Of a DNA stretch of 64,000 bases, positions 46,601 to 57,700 are shown piece by piece. The translations under genes and the position numbers were made by a program. The notes under the pieces are model-generated. The model ran no database searches. It saw only the letters and a program-made list of their open reading frames with translations, and had not been told where the DNA came from. The stretch lies in the IMG/VR virus record IMGVR_UViG_3300036800_000041, positions 6,724 to 70,723 of that record; one strand, given 5' to 3'. The first letter of the stretch is position 1, and each line of letters opens with the position of its first letter. Source of the stretch: a virus.

Positions 46601-49249
46601 TCATGTTTGCCTCGCCACTATCCACACGCCCCCGTCCGCGCCGTTGGCCCCGAACAAAAAGAAAACTGCACCGCCGCCGCCACCACCTGGCGCATTGCCA
46701 GGGAAGTTGATCCCGGCTTCTAGGCCGCCCTGATATTTTTTCCCATTCCAGGTGAAATCTCCGGCAGCTTGGCCATCGTAATTGAAGATGTCTATTTCCG
46801 TGGTACCTCCGGCTCCTCCGGCTCCGGTCAATGGGGATGTAACAGTCGAGCCCCCAAGCGGTGTCCAGCTCACCGTACTGGCTTCTCCAGGGCTGCCGTC
46901 TTCCCAGTAAAATGTCGGGTGGGCGCCCCCTGCGCCAACCGTCACACTGAGTGCAGCACTGGCAGCGACGTCGACACCGACCTCCAGTGTCACACCGGCC
47001 CAATGACCCGCCATTCCGCCCTGACCTTCGTTGTAGCCCTGCTCTGATTGGCCGCCGCCGCCGGCCCCCAGCACGATGATGTCGACGTGCGCTGCCCACG
47101 GGGGCACATCGTAAGTGTGGCTGCCCGATGCTCCGTAGAATGTCTGAGTGTCGCCTTGAACCCCGTGTGTCGATGTGCTTTCCGATGACATCGCCACCCA
47201 CGGCACTATGCTGGAATAGGTCGGGGACGGGATAGACACTGGCGCAAAGATTGTCGTACCGATCAGTCGCAATGATATGGCTCCCCAATTGGTGATAAAA
47301 CTTCCCAGAGATGAAGAGAAACCCGTGGTACCGAGGGCATCAGAGTCACCGCCAATGTAAATAACGGTGTCAGCGGCAGTGGCAGTGGCGTCGTAAATGC
47401 GTTGATTTCCAAGCGAAAACGTCATTGTTTGAGCGCCGCCGAACAAATTCTCAGCACCGAATCCAGCCACCATCAGCGTTCCGGCGATACCTTCCACGGC
47501 TACTGTAAGCGCACTTCCAGATCCGTAGTTGTTGGGTCCGCTCGACACGTCGGCTACGTCGGCATATCCCATGGCATTGACGGTGACGAAATTCCCCGCT
47601 GAGGTAGCGACAATGCTGGCGGGAGCCGTGGATGGCGCGTAGATACCATAGAACTGGAGAGCTCCGTTGGTGGCGATGTTGTCCAGATCAACGCCGGTGA
47701 CCAAAGTCATCGGGGTACCGTCGTATGTGCAGCCCGTCGGCACAGCTCCATAGCCGGTGACTTGAGCCACGATGTAGTCACCCACATTGACGGGGGTAAT
47801 GCTGGCTGTCGCTGTTCCGGTTCCGTGCCCTGGAGTTCCGACCGAATTGTTCGTCGGGGTAGTTTGCGAAGTACGAATTGCACCCATCTGGGGCGGAAAC
47901 ACATTTGAATTTGGCGCAAGTGGATGATCGGGATAGCCCAACATAGTATGTGTCCCGTCACCCTCGACCTGAATTTCAGTGCGGTAACAAGACAACTGTG
48001 TCACGGTTATGGGAATCGTCAATGGAGCATAAATCCACGGATTTGTCGGATCACTGCCAATGGAACTGAGAACGTCTCCAGTTTCGCCTACCAAAGTTTC
48101 AACACCAGTTAAAAGGTCGACGTCATAGACGTTGGCGCGTGCTCCCGTCAATCCGGTAGTGTTCCACCCTTGCCATGCGACGTCATTTTTAATCATACCG
48201 GCGTTCATCCAGATATAAGAACTGACAGCGATGCCAGGAACTACATCAATGGTCTGCTGCGGAACAAATGTGCCAAGATCGAAACTGGCGGTCAAGCTTG
48301 GATCGACAGCATGATGAATAGGGTTATTAACTGCCATCTGGGCCACATAAGTCGAGTTGCCCTGGCCCATTTCCACCGCTTGCGCGAGATTAGCCATTGC
48401 CATTGTGCCCGCATTGATGATGTCTGACAGTGATGCCCCCGCCGGCAAGTGCCCGAAAGCTGTCGATACCGCGTCCCACGTCTGCTGAAATGTCTCGCCG
48501 AGATTGGTGCCCGTCTGATATCCGGTGATGTTAACGACATTGATAGCGGTAAGCGCAGCTCCCAAAGTGGCCAGGTTGTTGCCTGTTTGAGTTCCCGCAA
48601 TGCCTGGAGCATTGGATAGCTGTGTAACCAGCATATCGAGAATTTGCTGACCCGTTTTAAGATCGTTGTCGATGAAATTTCGAACAAGCTGCGGGGTGTT
48701 CATCACTGTGCCGTCGCCAGTTTCAAGAGCAGTGAATGCTTCATCGACAAGGATAGTGAAAGTGCCATCGCCATTGTCAAGTGTGCCGGGAAGTAATCCT
48801 AAAGTGCCATCGAGATTGTCTATGAAGGTGTTGAATTGTCCTTGTAACGCCGCGAGCCCGTTAGTGATGATTGAAAATGGGTCATTACTCAGGCCACTAG
48901 TATTTGGATTGAACAGCTTATTGATAGCTCCAATGATTTGCTGCAACCATGTCGCCAACGCGGCAGCCGTCTGCTTTGGTATTCCTAATTCAGTGAACAA
49001 GGTCGTCCAGTCAAAAGCAGACGTTGCAGCTAAAGCAGTCGTAGCCTGCTGAACCTGTTGCGGTATGTTATTGAGAGTAAATGTCGCAGCTCCAGGCTTA
49101 GACACCGCCAGATCGGTGCCCGTTTGTGAGAGGACATAATCACCTACCCGAGCGGTAGACGAACTCTCCAAGGTGCGTAGGCGCTGTTCCACATCTCGTG
49201 CCCATTGTGCGTCAGTGCTCGGCGTCTTACCGACCAGTACGCCGCTCAT
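46601..49249 (-). CDS. large minor tail protein with Gly-rich C-terminal domain
   Basis: DAQWARDVEQRL N-terminus; LGAGGGG...PGGGGGG C-terminus. Confidence 0.85.
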   Translation of the reverse strand: MSGVLVGKTPSTDAQWARDVEQRLRTLESSSTARVGDYVLSQTGTDLAVSKPGAATFTLNNIPQQVQQATTALAATSAFDWTTLFTELGIPKQTAAALATWLQQIIGAINKLFNPNTSGLSNDPFSIITNGLAALQGQFNTFIDNLDGTLGLLPGTLDNGDGTFTILVDEAFTALETGDGTVMNTPQLVRNFIDNDLKTGQQILDMLVTQLSNAPGIAGTQTGNNLATLGAALTAINVVNITGYQTGTNLGETFQQTWDAVSTAFGHLPAGASLSDIINAGTMAMANLAQAVEMGQGNSTYVAQMAVNNPIHHAVDPSLTASFDLGTFVPQQTIDVVPGIAVSSYIWMNAGMIKNDVAWQGWNTTGLTGARANVYDVDLLTGVETLVGETGDVLSSIGSDPTNPWIYAPLTIPITVTQLSCYRTEIQVEGDGTHTMLGYPDHPLAPNSNVFPPQMGAIRTSQTTPTNNSVGTPGHGTGTATASITPVNVGDYIVAQVTGYGAVPTGCTYDGTPMTLVTGVDLDNIATNGALQFYGIYAPSTAPASIVATSAGNFVTVNAMGYADVADVSSGPNNYGSGSALTVAVEGIAGTLMVAGFGAENLFGGAQTMTFSLGNQRIYDATATAADTVIYIGGDSDALGTTGFSSSLGSFITNWGAISLRLIGTTIFAPVSIPSPTYSSIVPWVAMSSESTSTHGVQGDTQTFYGASGSHTYDVPPWAAHVDIIVLGAGGGGQSEQGYNEGQGGMAGHWAGVTLEVGVDVAASAALSVTVGAGGAHPTFYWEDGSPGEASTVSWTPLGGSTVTSPLTGAGGAGGTTEIDIFNYDGQAAGDFTWNGKKYQGGLEAGINFPGNAPGGGGGGAVFFLFGANGADGGVWIVARQT

Positions 49250-50334
49250 GGGCTTGTCACATTCTGGACACCAGCCTGCATCGATAACTGGCCGCCATTC
49301 TGCTGGAGCTCGCCTAGCTCGGTCCAGTTCGGAACCTCTTGGAATGTGGGAATGATTTGAACAACGCCGTCAGCGCCTAAGTTGACTGATATGGACTCAA
49401 GTTCCATGCGGAGTCGAACGCCGTAAGCCTCGATCGCGAAGCGCGCGCTGGGCACCAACTGGTCAATTGTCACCGGCGCGTCGGGGTGAAGCAAAGCATT
49501 GCTGGGCACGTCAATGTCAGTTTTGATCATGCCGGTTTGCCGTACATATTGCGCGGTCGCCTTCGTCACGTTGGACACGCCGAACATGTTGTTCACGGTA
49601 ACGATCTGTTGGAGATTGACGCCAGCACCTAAATCGATACGCGCCCGTGCCAGATCATCAGGCCCCTTCAGCAGAATGTCGTTGTAGGTGTTGGTGCCAT
49701 CGCGCACGAGCTGAAGTCCGTCCCCGATAAAGTGGTTCTCGCCGAGGCTAGCGATCGGCTCTAGCGGCATGGGTCCAATCAGTGGCGTCCCGGCCACTAC
49801 GGTCCAGCGTAAACCGTAGCTTTCGAATGTCTTGATCGTCTTGTCCATCATCTCGGAATCAGTCGTGACAGTCAGACTGTAGAGGTCGCCCCACGGGTCA
49901 CGGCGCATTACCGGGCGCATGGTCAAACCATGTAGGTCGCAGAGCATTTGCCACATTTCGTTCATCGGAATGCATGGATCAACACCGTCCCATGACTTCG
50001 TGAGTGGCACTCGCGTACGGCTCAGATAAGCGCCAGGATCAAAGGCATCAATTTCGGTACCGAAACGGTTGCCGATGAATTTTTGAATCGGTCCGGTCCA
50101 GTACAACGACTTGGCGTCAGGTGCCCAGATGCTCATCCAATGTACCCAAGGGTAGATGTCGGGCAATTTACCGTTGCCGGTCATCATCGGCCCAGCGGTC
50201 ATCGTCGCTTTACTGACGTCACGCAGTTGGCGCCCCCATTGCAAACTGCTCTGCTGATTGGCAGCGAACTGATACATCAGGACACCTTTGACCGAATGCA
50301 CAGAAATGATTTGACCTGGCTCGATAATCGGCAT
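49246..50334 (-). CDS. minor tail protein (baseplate hub-like)
   Basis: Second gene after the tape measure; LQWGR.LRDVS. Confidence 0.8.
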   Translation of the reverse strand: MPIIEPGQIISVHSVKGVLMYQFAANQQSSLQWGRQLRDVSKATMTAGPMMTGNGKLPDIYPWVHWMSIWAPDAKSLYWTGPIQKFIGNRFGTEIDAFDPGAYLSRTRVPLTKSWDGVDPCIPMNEMWQMLCDLHGLTMRPVMRRDPWGDLYSLTVTTDSEMMDKTIKTFESYGLRWTVVAGTPLIGPMPLEPIASLGENHFIGDGLQLVRDGTNTYNDILLKGPDDLARARIDLGAGVNLQQIVTVNNMFGVSNVTKATAQYVRQTGMIKTDIDVPSNALLHPDAPVTIDQLVPSARFAIEAYGVRLRMELESISVNLGADGVVQIIPTFQEVPNWTELGELQQNGGQLSMQAGVQNVTSP

Positions 50335-51773
50335 TACGCCTCCCGATCGGCCAGTGCAATGTCCACCTCGAAATTGACGGCTTCGGGTGCGACAACGACG
50401 AACTGCCAGCATTGCGTTCGGTCGATCACCGGCGCTACCCATGGCGCGCCGTTGGGGGTCGACACAATTCCGACTGGAATGTAGGTGATCCGGCCACGTT
50501 TGGCCCAGAACATGCCGCTTACCGCATCAAGGGTGATGGCTGCGTTCGCTGGCAGGCCAGCGATCTGTACGGGGTATTGGTCATCACCGCACTCTTCGGA
50601 ATCATCGCACAGCTTCCAGTATCCTTGAACTGTAAGGGAATTGAACGGGTCAGTATTGGTTATCGTAACCGTGGCAGCGGTGGTTGTGCATCGTGCAGGA
50701 TATTCGTTCAATCGTGGTATCGCATAGGTGTACCGATCGATTGCGCACACCGGCAGACATCCGCCACACACCGGCGGCGGCGTATTGGTCCCGACGTTGA
50801 CTACTTCGGGCGGGCAGGTATCGCTGAACAAGACCGGCATCGGATCACAACTGGCCGGTTGCACGCACATTGGTGCGTGCGCCCAGGTGATCGGTTCGAT
50901 ACCGATGGTTTCCCAGGAAACAGTGCCCAGGTCGATGATCGGCAAAAACACATAGGGGTTGAGCACGGTCAATTCGAAACTGACCCGGTACATGTCAGCT
51001 TGTCGGTATGGCCTGCTGCCACTTTGCGATTGAGCGGTGATCGTGGGCGCCGCGGTCATCACTACACCATGCAGATCACGTATCAGCGTACCGGGATTGG
51101 CTGCCGTGAAATTTGGATGAGCAGTGAAATAGGTCAGTGTTGAGTTGGTGACGTCTTTCGTGCCGCGTAGCTCGCAGGCCAACCACTGCAGTCCATATTC
51201 CAAGCCGGCGTTAGTGCATGCCAGCAGTAGCGCGTCGAAGGTTAGTTTACGGCTGGTGTCACGATTAGGGCCGGCGGTTGCGCCGCTGCCGATGTTCTCG
51301 GTGACGGCTCGGCTGATTGTCAGCGGTCCGAAGCCTTTAGCGTCCATGACCCAAATACCGCCGAACTCCGCGGATTCGGGCATTCGGGTGTTGTACCAAG
51401 GGGCGAGCTCTACTCGATAGATCGTGTCGCCTAGCCACTCTTGTAGACCGGGCCAGCTGTCGTCGTACTGGACCTGCTTTCGGCATCCACAAAAATCTGA
51501 CGGCGGCCAGCATGTCGTGACCTCGGCAAGGCCAGGATCGTAGAGTCGACTGCCGTTGCCAGGCGTCGCTAAGCCATTTCCCAGATCGACTGAGCTGGAC
51601 GACAGTAGCGCCAAACCGGGATCGTCAGGATTGATCGTCTGGCTGCAATCGCCTTCACCGGTGAGGTTGAATACGAAATCGTCGGTGGGCGTCTCTCGCG
51701 CCAAATGCGCAATGACCCGGCTGTTGTTGACGATTTCAGTGCCATTGAGGGCAAAATACCCGCGAAACGGCAT
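50334..51773 (-). CDS. minor tail protein (distal-tail-like, Cys-rich)
   Basis: First gene after the tape measure; FRGYFALNG.EI.N.SR, APWY....ESAEF.G. Confidence 0.85.
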   Translation of the reverse strand: MPFRGYFALNGTEIVNNSRVIAHLARETPTDDFVFNLTGEGDCSQTINPDDPGLALLSSSSVDLGNGLATPGNGSRLYDPGLAEVTTCWPPSDFCGCRKQVQYDDSWPGLQEWLGDTIYRVELAPWYNTRMPESAEFGGIWVMDAKGFGPLTISRAVTENIGSGATAGPNRDTSRKLTFDALLLACTNAGLEYGLQWLACELRGTKDVTNSTLTYFTAHPNFTAANPGTLIRDLHGVVMTAAPTITAQSQSGSRPYRQADMYRVSFELTVLNPYVFLPIIDLGTVSWETIGIEPITWAHAPMCVQPASCDPMPVLFSDTCPPEVVNVGTNTPPPVCGGCLPVCAIDRYTYAIPRLNEYPARCTTTAATVTITNTDPFNSLTVQGYWKLCDDSEECGDDQYPVQIAGLPANAAITLDAVSGMFWAKRGRITYIPVGIVSTPNGAPWVAPVIDRTQCWQFVVVAPEAVNFEVDIALADREA

Positions 51774-51780
51774 GGCCCTC

Positions 51781-54700
51781 CTAGGTTAATAGCTCCAGCA
51801 GTCGATTAGCCGCCGCCTGGCCGCCCTCGGCGTTTCCGGTGACGGTAAATGGAGCATGGACCGTGACGTTGGTGCCACCGCCCAGCTTGCCGCTCTCCAG
51901 CACACTGACCAGTCTCTCGAATGATGCGGTCTGTTGCGGGCTCAACACGCGCTCCGGCGACATGGTAGCTTTCGGGAGCATACCGGCACCGTTGGCCATG
52001 CCGCCGTCATCGAACAGTGCGCCTGGACCGGATCCGGGGCCGAAAGCGACGCCCAGCGCGCCTAATCCCATGATCGGTAGCAGCAGCCCTGCCAAGGCTC
52101 CCGTCAATGAGGCAGTGCTTGGTACTCCGGTGTCCAGCCCGGTGATGGACGATATAGTCCCGGCCGGGGCAAAGATGGAGTTAAGGCCGGTGCCCGCCGC
52201 GTTCTGGAGCAGCCCGGTCGATATAGCATCGCCGATTGCTGGGATAGCTGCACCCCAAAAGTCTTGTCCGACTTGTCCGGCGATCTGCACTGAGGCATCA
52301 CCCAACGCAGAGGCCGCCGCGCCCGCGGCGGACCCCGCGCCCGGCGCAATCGCATTCAGTGCACCGCCGCCTGCCGACGCCGCGGCATTGATCGCCGCTT
52401 GGCCGACCGCTTCAGCAAGAGGGATAGCTACCTTGTCGATGAGATAGGTAATAACACCTTCAAGTACTTGCGTAAGGATCAGAACGCGCTGCTGAGTGAC
52501 TTCCGTCGAACTGGTCATCGATCGGTCGATCAGACCGCTGGTGTCGTCCAGTAGTCGGCCCTGAGCGTCGAATGCTTTGAAGCTGTCACCGCGGAATTGC
52601 CGGAAATTGTCAGTCAGGTTGAGCATCGTGTCACGGACGCTAATCTGAATGCCCATCATCGCCAGTAAGATATTTATTAGCACGTCAATGATCGCGCCGA
52701 TAATCGGTATCTGGCTCAGTCCGAAATAGTCGGCGCCCAGCGTTCCGGTCTGATTCGTGCCAGCGGTACCAGGGTTGATCGCGCCACCGGCGGCCATATG
52801 CTTTACTCCGTACTTGGCCAGGCCAGCCGTAAATTTGGTCATCCCCGTAAAGCCGCCCATTTTGGACACTTCATCGGTAGTCATAATCCACTCGCCGGGC
52901 ATCCCTAGAATCGGCACTGAATCGACACCCGGCATGCCCCCCGCTACGCCGCCACCCTCGGCTGCCACCAACGTATTGAGACCCTGGAACGTCGCAGCTG
53001 TCGCGTTAAACGGCAATGCACTGATGTCGCTGGCGGTACTGCCGCTGCCGCCTGCCTTGCCCACTGCGTTGGCGATAGGAGGGGCCATTGCAGTGCCCAG
53101 CTGTGTACCCATGCTGGCCAATGTCAATGACGGGATCGCGCCCATACCGGCGCTGACGCCGGCCGACAGCAGTGGCTCCAGAGCAGTTTTGTTCAGCTTG
53201 TTACCGACGTCGGTCGTCGCACCGACGATCTGGTCTTTCATGGCGACCAGGTTGGCGTTCAGATCAGCCGACGTGCGCTGATACAAGCTCGTTGTCGCGG
53301 ACAGCAAGCGTCCCTCGGCATCGAACGCACCGCCGCCGGTGCCGGCACCGCCCTGTTCAAATGTCGCGCCCGATAACCCGGTGGCGCCAGCCCGGCTCAG
53401 ATCAGGCACATTGATTCCCAGACCGGCCAATACCGCCTGGATAGGCTCGTGCTCGTTGAGTGCCTGCACCGTTCGGACCGGCGGCGCGGCAATTCCGGCC
53501 GGTGATTCGAAAACGCTCTGAACCGCGCCAGGAACCGCGCCGATGGCGGCGTTGGCGACTCCCGAAGCGACGTTGCCCGCAGCACCAAGCACTGGGCCAG
53601 CGGCGCCGGCGGCAATGTTGGCTATTTGTCCCAGCGCGCCCCCACCACCGAACATGCCAGCGCCCCCGGCACCGGGCCAGTTCGTCACCATGACCGGCAC
53701 GACACCGCCGCCGCCACCGAACACGCCGCCGGCACCGAACTGGCCGCCAAAGCCGGGGTAGCCGGCCGTGCCCGGCATACCGGGGATTGCGCCTCCCGCT
53801 AACGGTGAAGGCATTCCCGGCACCGGCGGTGGTCCGTAGCCTGTACCAGCGACAATGCCGCGTCCCTGCGACGCCTGATAAGCATCCGCAGCGGAAACGG
53901 AATACTGCCTGCCGCCGCCAGCGGTATCGGAGATATTGAGGGTGCCGTCGGGGTTGTAGCCGGTAACGGCGACGAAGTGGCCTTCGCCGAAATTCCGGCC
54001 CCCAAGCGAACTTCCAGGGGCAATGTTCAGGGTCGACCCCGCGCCGGTGTCAATCGACCTTTTGATGGCGTCGAACATGGCTTGCTGGCTGCCGCCAGAG
54101 CCTTCCATTGGGACGTACTTGCCCGCCGGGTTGACCTGATTCATACCCGCTGCTTGCGACCCAATGGTGCCGCCTGCCGCGATGACCTTTTGCAACTGAT
54201 CTTCGTCCAGGTTGGCGCCGGAGTGAGACAAGATGATCCGAGCCGAGGCGTCGATGCAGTCATTGGCGTACTTCTGCGCCGCGATAGGGATGGTGGCCAG
54301 GTTCAAACCACTGCCGGCAATCGCTGCCGGAGCCGCAGGCATTCCAGGTGGCGGCACAGCGCCCGGTGGCGCTGTTGGCGGCCAAGGTACCGCCGGCGGC
54401 GCGGCTGGAGCAGGTGTCGCGGGTAATGCGCCGGCAGGCCATTTGTTCCATGGCGCAGTAGGTCCACCGGGGGGCATCGGGGCTGGAGCGGTCGGAACTG
54501 GTGGTTGCGGCAAAGCAAACGGACCGCCCGGTGTCGGACGATCGAACCTGCCGGGAGGAGGCAAGAATGGCAAGCCAGCCACCGGGGGCGGTGCCGGGAG
54601 CGGCACGACAGGGGCGGTGGGCGGCGCAGCCGGAACGGGCGCGGGTGCCGGGCCGCCCGGCCATAGCGCTGGCGCACCAGGAGGTGCTTGCACCGGCGGC

Positions 54701-57700
54701 GGCGTGATCGGCAGCCCCGTTCCCGGTTGAGGGACTAACTGCGGCATCACGGGCAAACCGGGAGTCGCAGCGGGGGCGGCGCCGGTCATTCCCGAAATCA
54801 CGCGCTGCACGTACTCGGGAAATGACGGTTCACCTGGCGCGCCGTGCTGGCCGACAACGCGGGCGATCCATGTCGCCTGCTCTTGGTCGGTGCCGTTGAC
54901 CGGAAACGCCCCAGCAACCCCTGATCGGTCCTGCATCTGCTTAAGCAGTGCGTCGACATGTGAGCCGATGTCGGACGCGCCGCCCAGCTGAGCGTCTTTG
55001 AATCCCAGCGTCGGATTACCTGCGGGGTTGTTGCCCTCGGTCTGGGAAAACCCTTGAATCAGCCGGGCCAGCTGCGGAGGAACATTGCGGGATGCAAGTG
55101 CCGCCGCCAGGCTGGAATTGCCTGCGCCGCTGCTGGCGACACCGAATGCCGGCGCCCCGCCGGGCACGAGACCAGGAATCCCACCGCCCAGAATGCTCGG
55201 ATTGTCTTGCAGCAGTTTCGGAATGCCCGCGATGCCGCCGAACGGAAGCAATGTCTGATTCAGCTGTTGCTGTTTCAGAGCGTTCTTCATCGTGTCACCA
55301 CGGAAGGTGCCCAGTGCACCGAGTATCGACTGGTTCTCCGGCGTCAGTTGACCGGTGAAGCCCTGGCCACCCAGCGATTGCTGAATGTAGCCGGGCAGCT
55401 GCTCGTAGCCTTTCGCGCCGCGCGCACCCGTCAGCGCGCTGACGATCGGGCTGTTTTCATCGAGACCCATCGCTCGCATTTCGGGGGTCAGAACGCCGGT
55501 CTGCGCGAACTGTGTCAGCGGTCCGATGTAGGCAGACGGATCACCGGGACGTCCCAGCGCCGCCAGACCGCCGGGCTCGCCGACTGCTCCTCTGATCGCC
55601 TGCGTGGCGGCTTGCCCTTGCTGCTGGGCATACTCCACCGAAGATGGCCCCATGACGATGTCGGGGTTACCGCCAAGCGCCTGAATGGCGCCGCGGATCA
55701 TGGCCTCGGGTTTGTTGATCGGGGCAACCGGCGTGCCGAACGGACCAAGATGCCCTGGTGTCGTGCCCGGCGCGAGCGTTCCTGTTAACGCGCCACCGGT
55801 GGCAATCTGCTGGAGATACATCTGCTGAAGCTGATTGGAGAACTGCATCTGTGTCAGTGGACCGTATGCAGTGCCGCCCAACAGATTTCGTATATTCTCC
55901 AGTAAATTTTCGGTGTCACTCTTCGGTGACATGACACCAGACGGTCCGAAAGGCATATCAGGTTCAGGGCCGGGTCCGAACTGGCCGCCCGGCACGAAGC
56001 TACCCAGGATGCCGCCACCGGCGTAGTTGGTTCGCGGAAGGCCGGAGCGATATTTGCTGTTCAAGTTGTAGAGCCATTTCGGCCCGAGTGCCTTCATCGC
56101 CTCGGGGATCACGACACCTTCGCCGCCACCGACAGCGATGTTGCCCCCGCCATGGACCGGTAACAGCATGTTGTCGACACCGGGACTGTAGCCGGGCAGC
56201 ATTCCGTTGAAAGATCCGGCGCCGCCTACCATTCCGGCGACACCCGGCGCGCGCGGACCGAGACCCATGGACGTCGCATCACGGCCAGTGACGCGGGCCT
56301 GCGGGTCGATTGCATCCATGACGAACGGCGCAGCGACGCCGAGCGGTGCGATGACCTTGCCCGCCGCCTCCATGACTGGTCCGAGTGCCCCTTTGCCTCC
56401 GGCTAATGCCGCCGAACCAAACTTCGTCGCGGCTACTGCGGCGTCATCAATGAAATTCGACCCTAAGCCGAGCAGGGTGCGTAGCGGACTGCCCCCGCTA
56501 GTGTCATTGTCGCCGCCTTCGTCGTAATGTCCGATGATGCCGCCGGTGGCTCGGCCGGGGAACAAACCTTGCAGACCCGGTGGCAGGTCGGTGGCCGGAT
56601 TTCCGTAAGTCGGCGGTGTCGCCGGAGTGCCGTCGGTCGTCGTCAGTCCCAGGCCGGGGAACAGTTTCGCCAGTTTGTCATGCAACACGTCAGTTTCATG
56701 CTGAGCTGTGTTCAATTGGCTGGTATCAATGGCGATCAAACCGCTAGGCAGTGAATGAACCGCGCCGCCGAGTTCCTTTATGCGTTCAAGAATGTCTGGT
56801 GTTGGGTCAGTCAGCACGACCTCGCCGGTAGGCAGGTCGGTGATAGCGCCTCCCAGACTGTCCAGTGCACTGCCCGCCGTCTGTGCCTGCTTCATGATCC
56901 GATCGAGAAACTGCGGCGCATTGTCTGCGGTGAGGCCGGGAATCGAACTGAACGCGCCGCCCTGCTTTTGCATTTCGGTGAGCACGGTCTGATAGTTGAC
57001 GTCGCCGCGCTGCATGCTCGCGTAGGGGGATTTACGTGGATCGAAGCTGCCGCTGGCTCCGTAGACCGTCTGGTCGACAAGCTGCTGATTCCACGGCGCG
57101 CCGCCAGGGCCGCCGGGTGACACGATTTGGTTCAATGCGCTCTGGTAGTCCTGACCTGTTAATGCACCGGGCACCAGCGGCTTGGGGCCTTCCGGTCCCT
57201 TGAAGGCGTCAAGGATACCTTTCAGTGCCGGGCCAAGCACCGCGCCCGCCGCCGCGCCGAACGCTGCGCCTTCGGGTCCGAGCATTGCGCCAATCGATGC
57301 GCCGGTAACCGCGCCGCCGCCGATGGCCTGTAACCAGCCCCCGGTGCCCTGACCGCTGGCGTTGCCAGGATCGACACCTTGGAATAGCTGGTCGATTCCG
57401 ACGCCCAGACCCAATGCCCCGGCTGTGCGGCCAACGCGACCCATACGCCCGCGACCGCCGCGGGCAGCGGCACCCCCTACACCCGCTCCGCCAGCGGCAG
57501 CTTCATCATCCATTGCCGCGATCGCTGCGCCCGCGGTTCGTGCCTTGGCCGGTATCGCATCCAAACTGCGACCGACACCGCCCAAGTGATCGAGCAAGCT
57601 CGTGATTCCGGCTATCGTGCGCCACGCCAGAAATGCAACTGTCACCGCTTGGATCAAGCCAGGCATGTGCAGCAGCACCGAGCTCGCACTGTTCAAGAAC

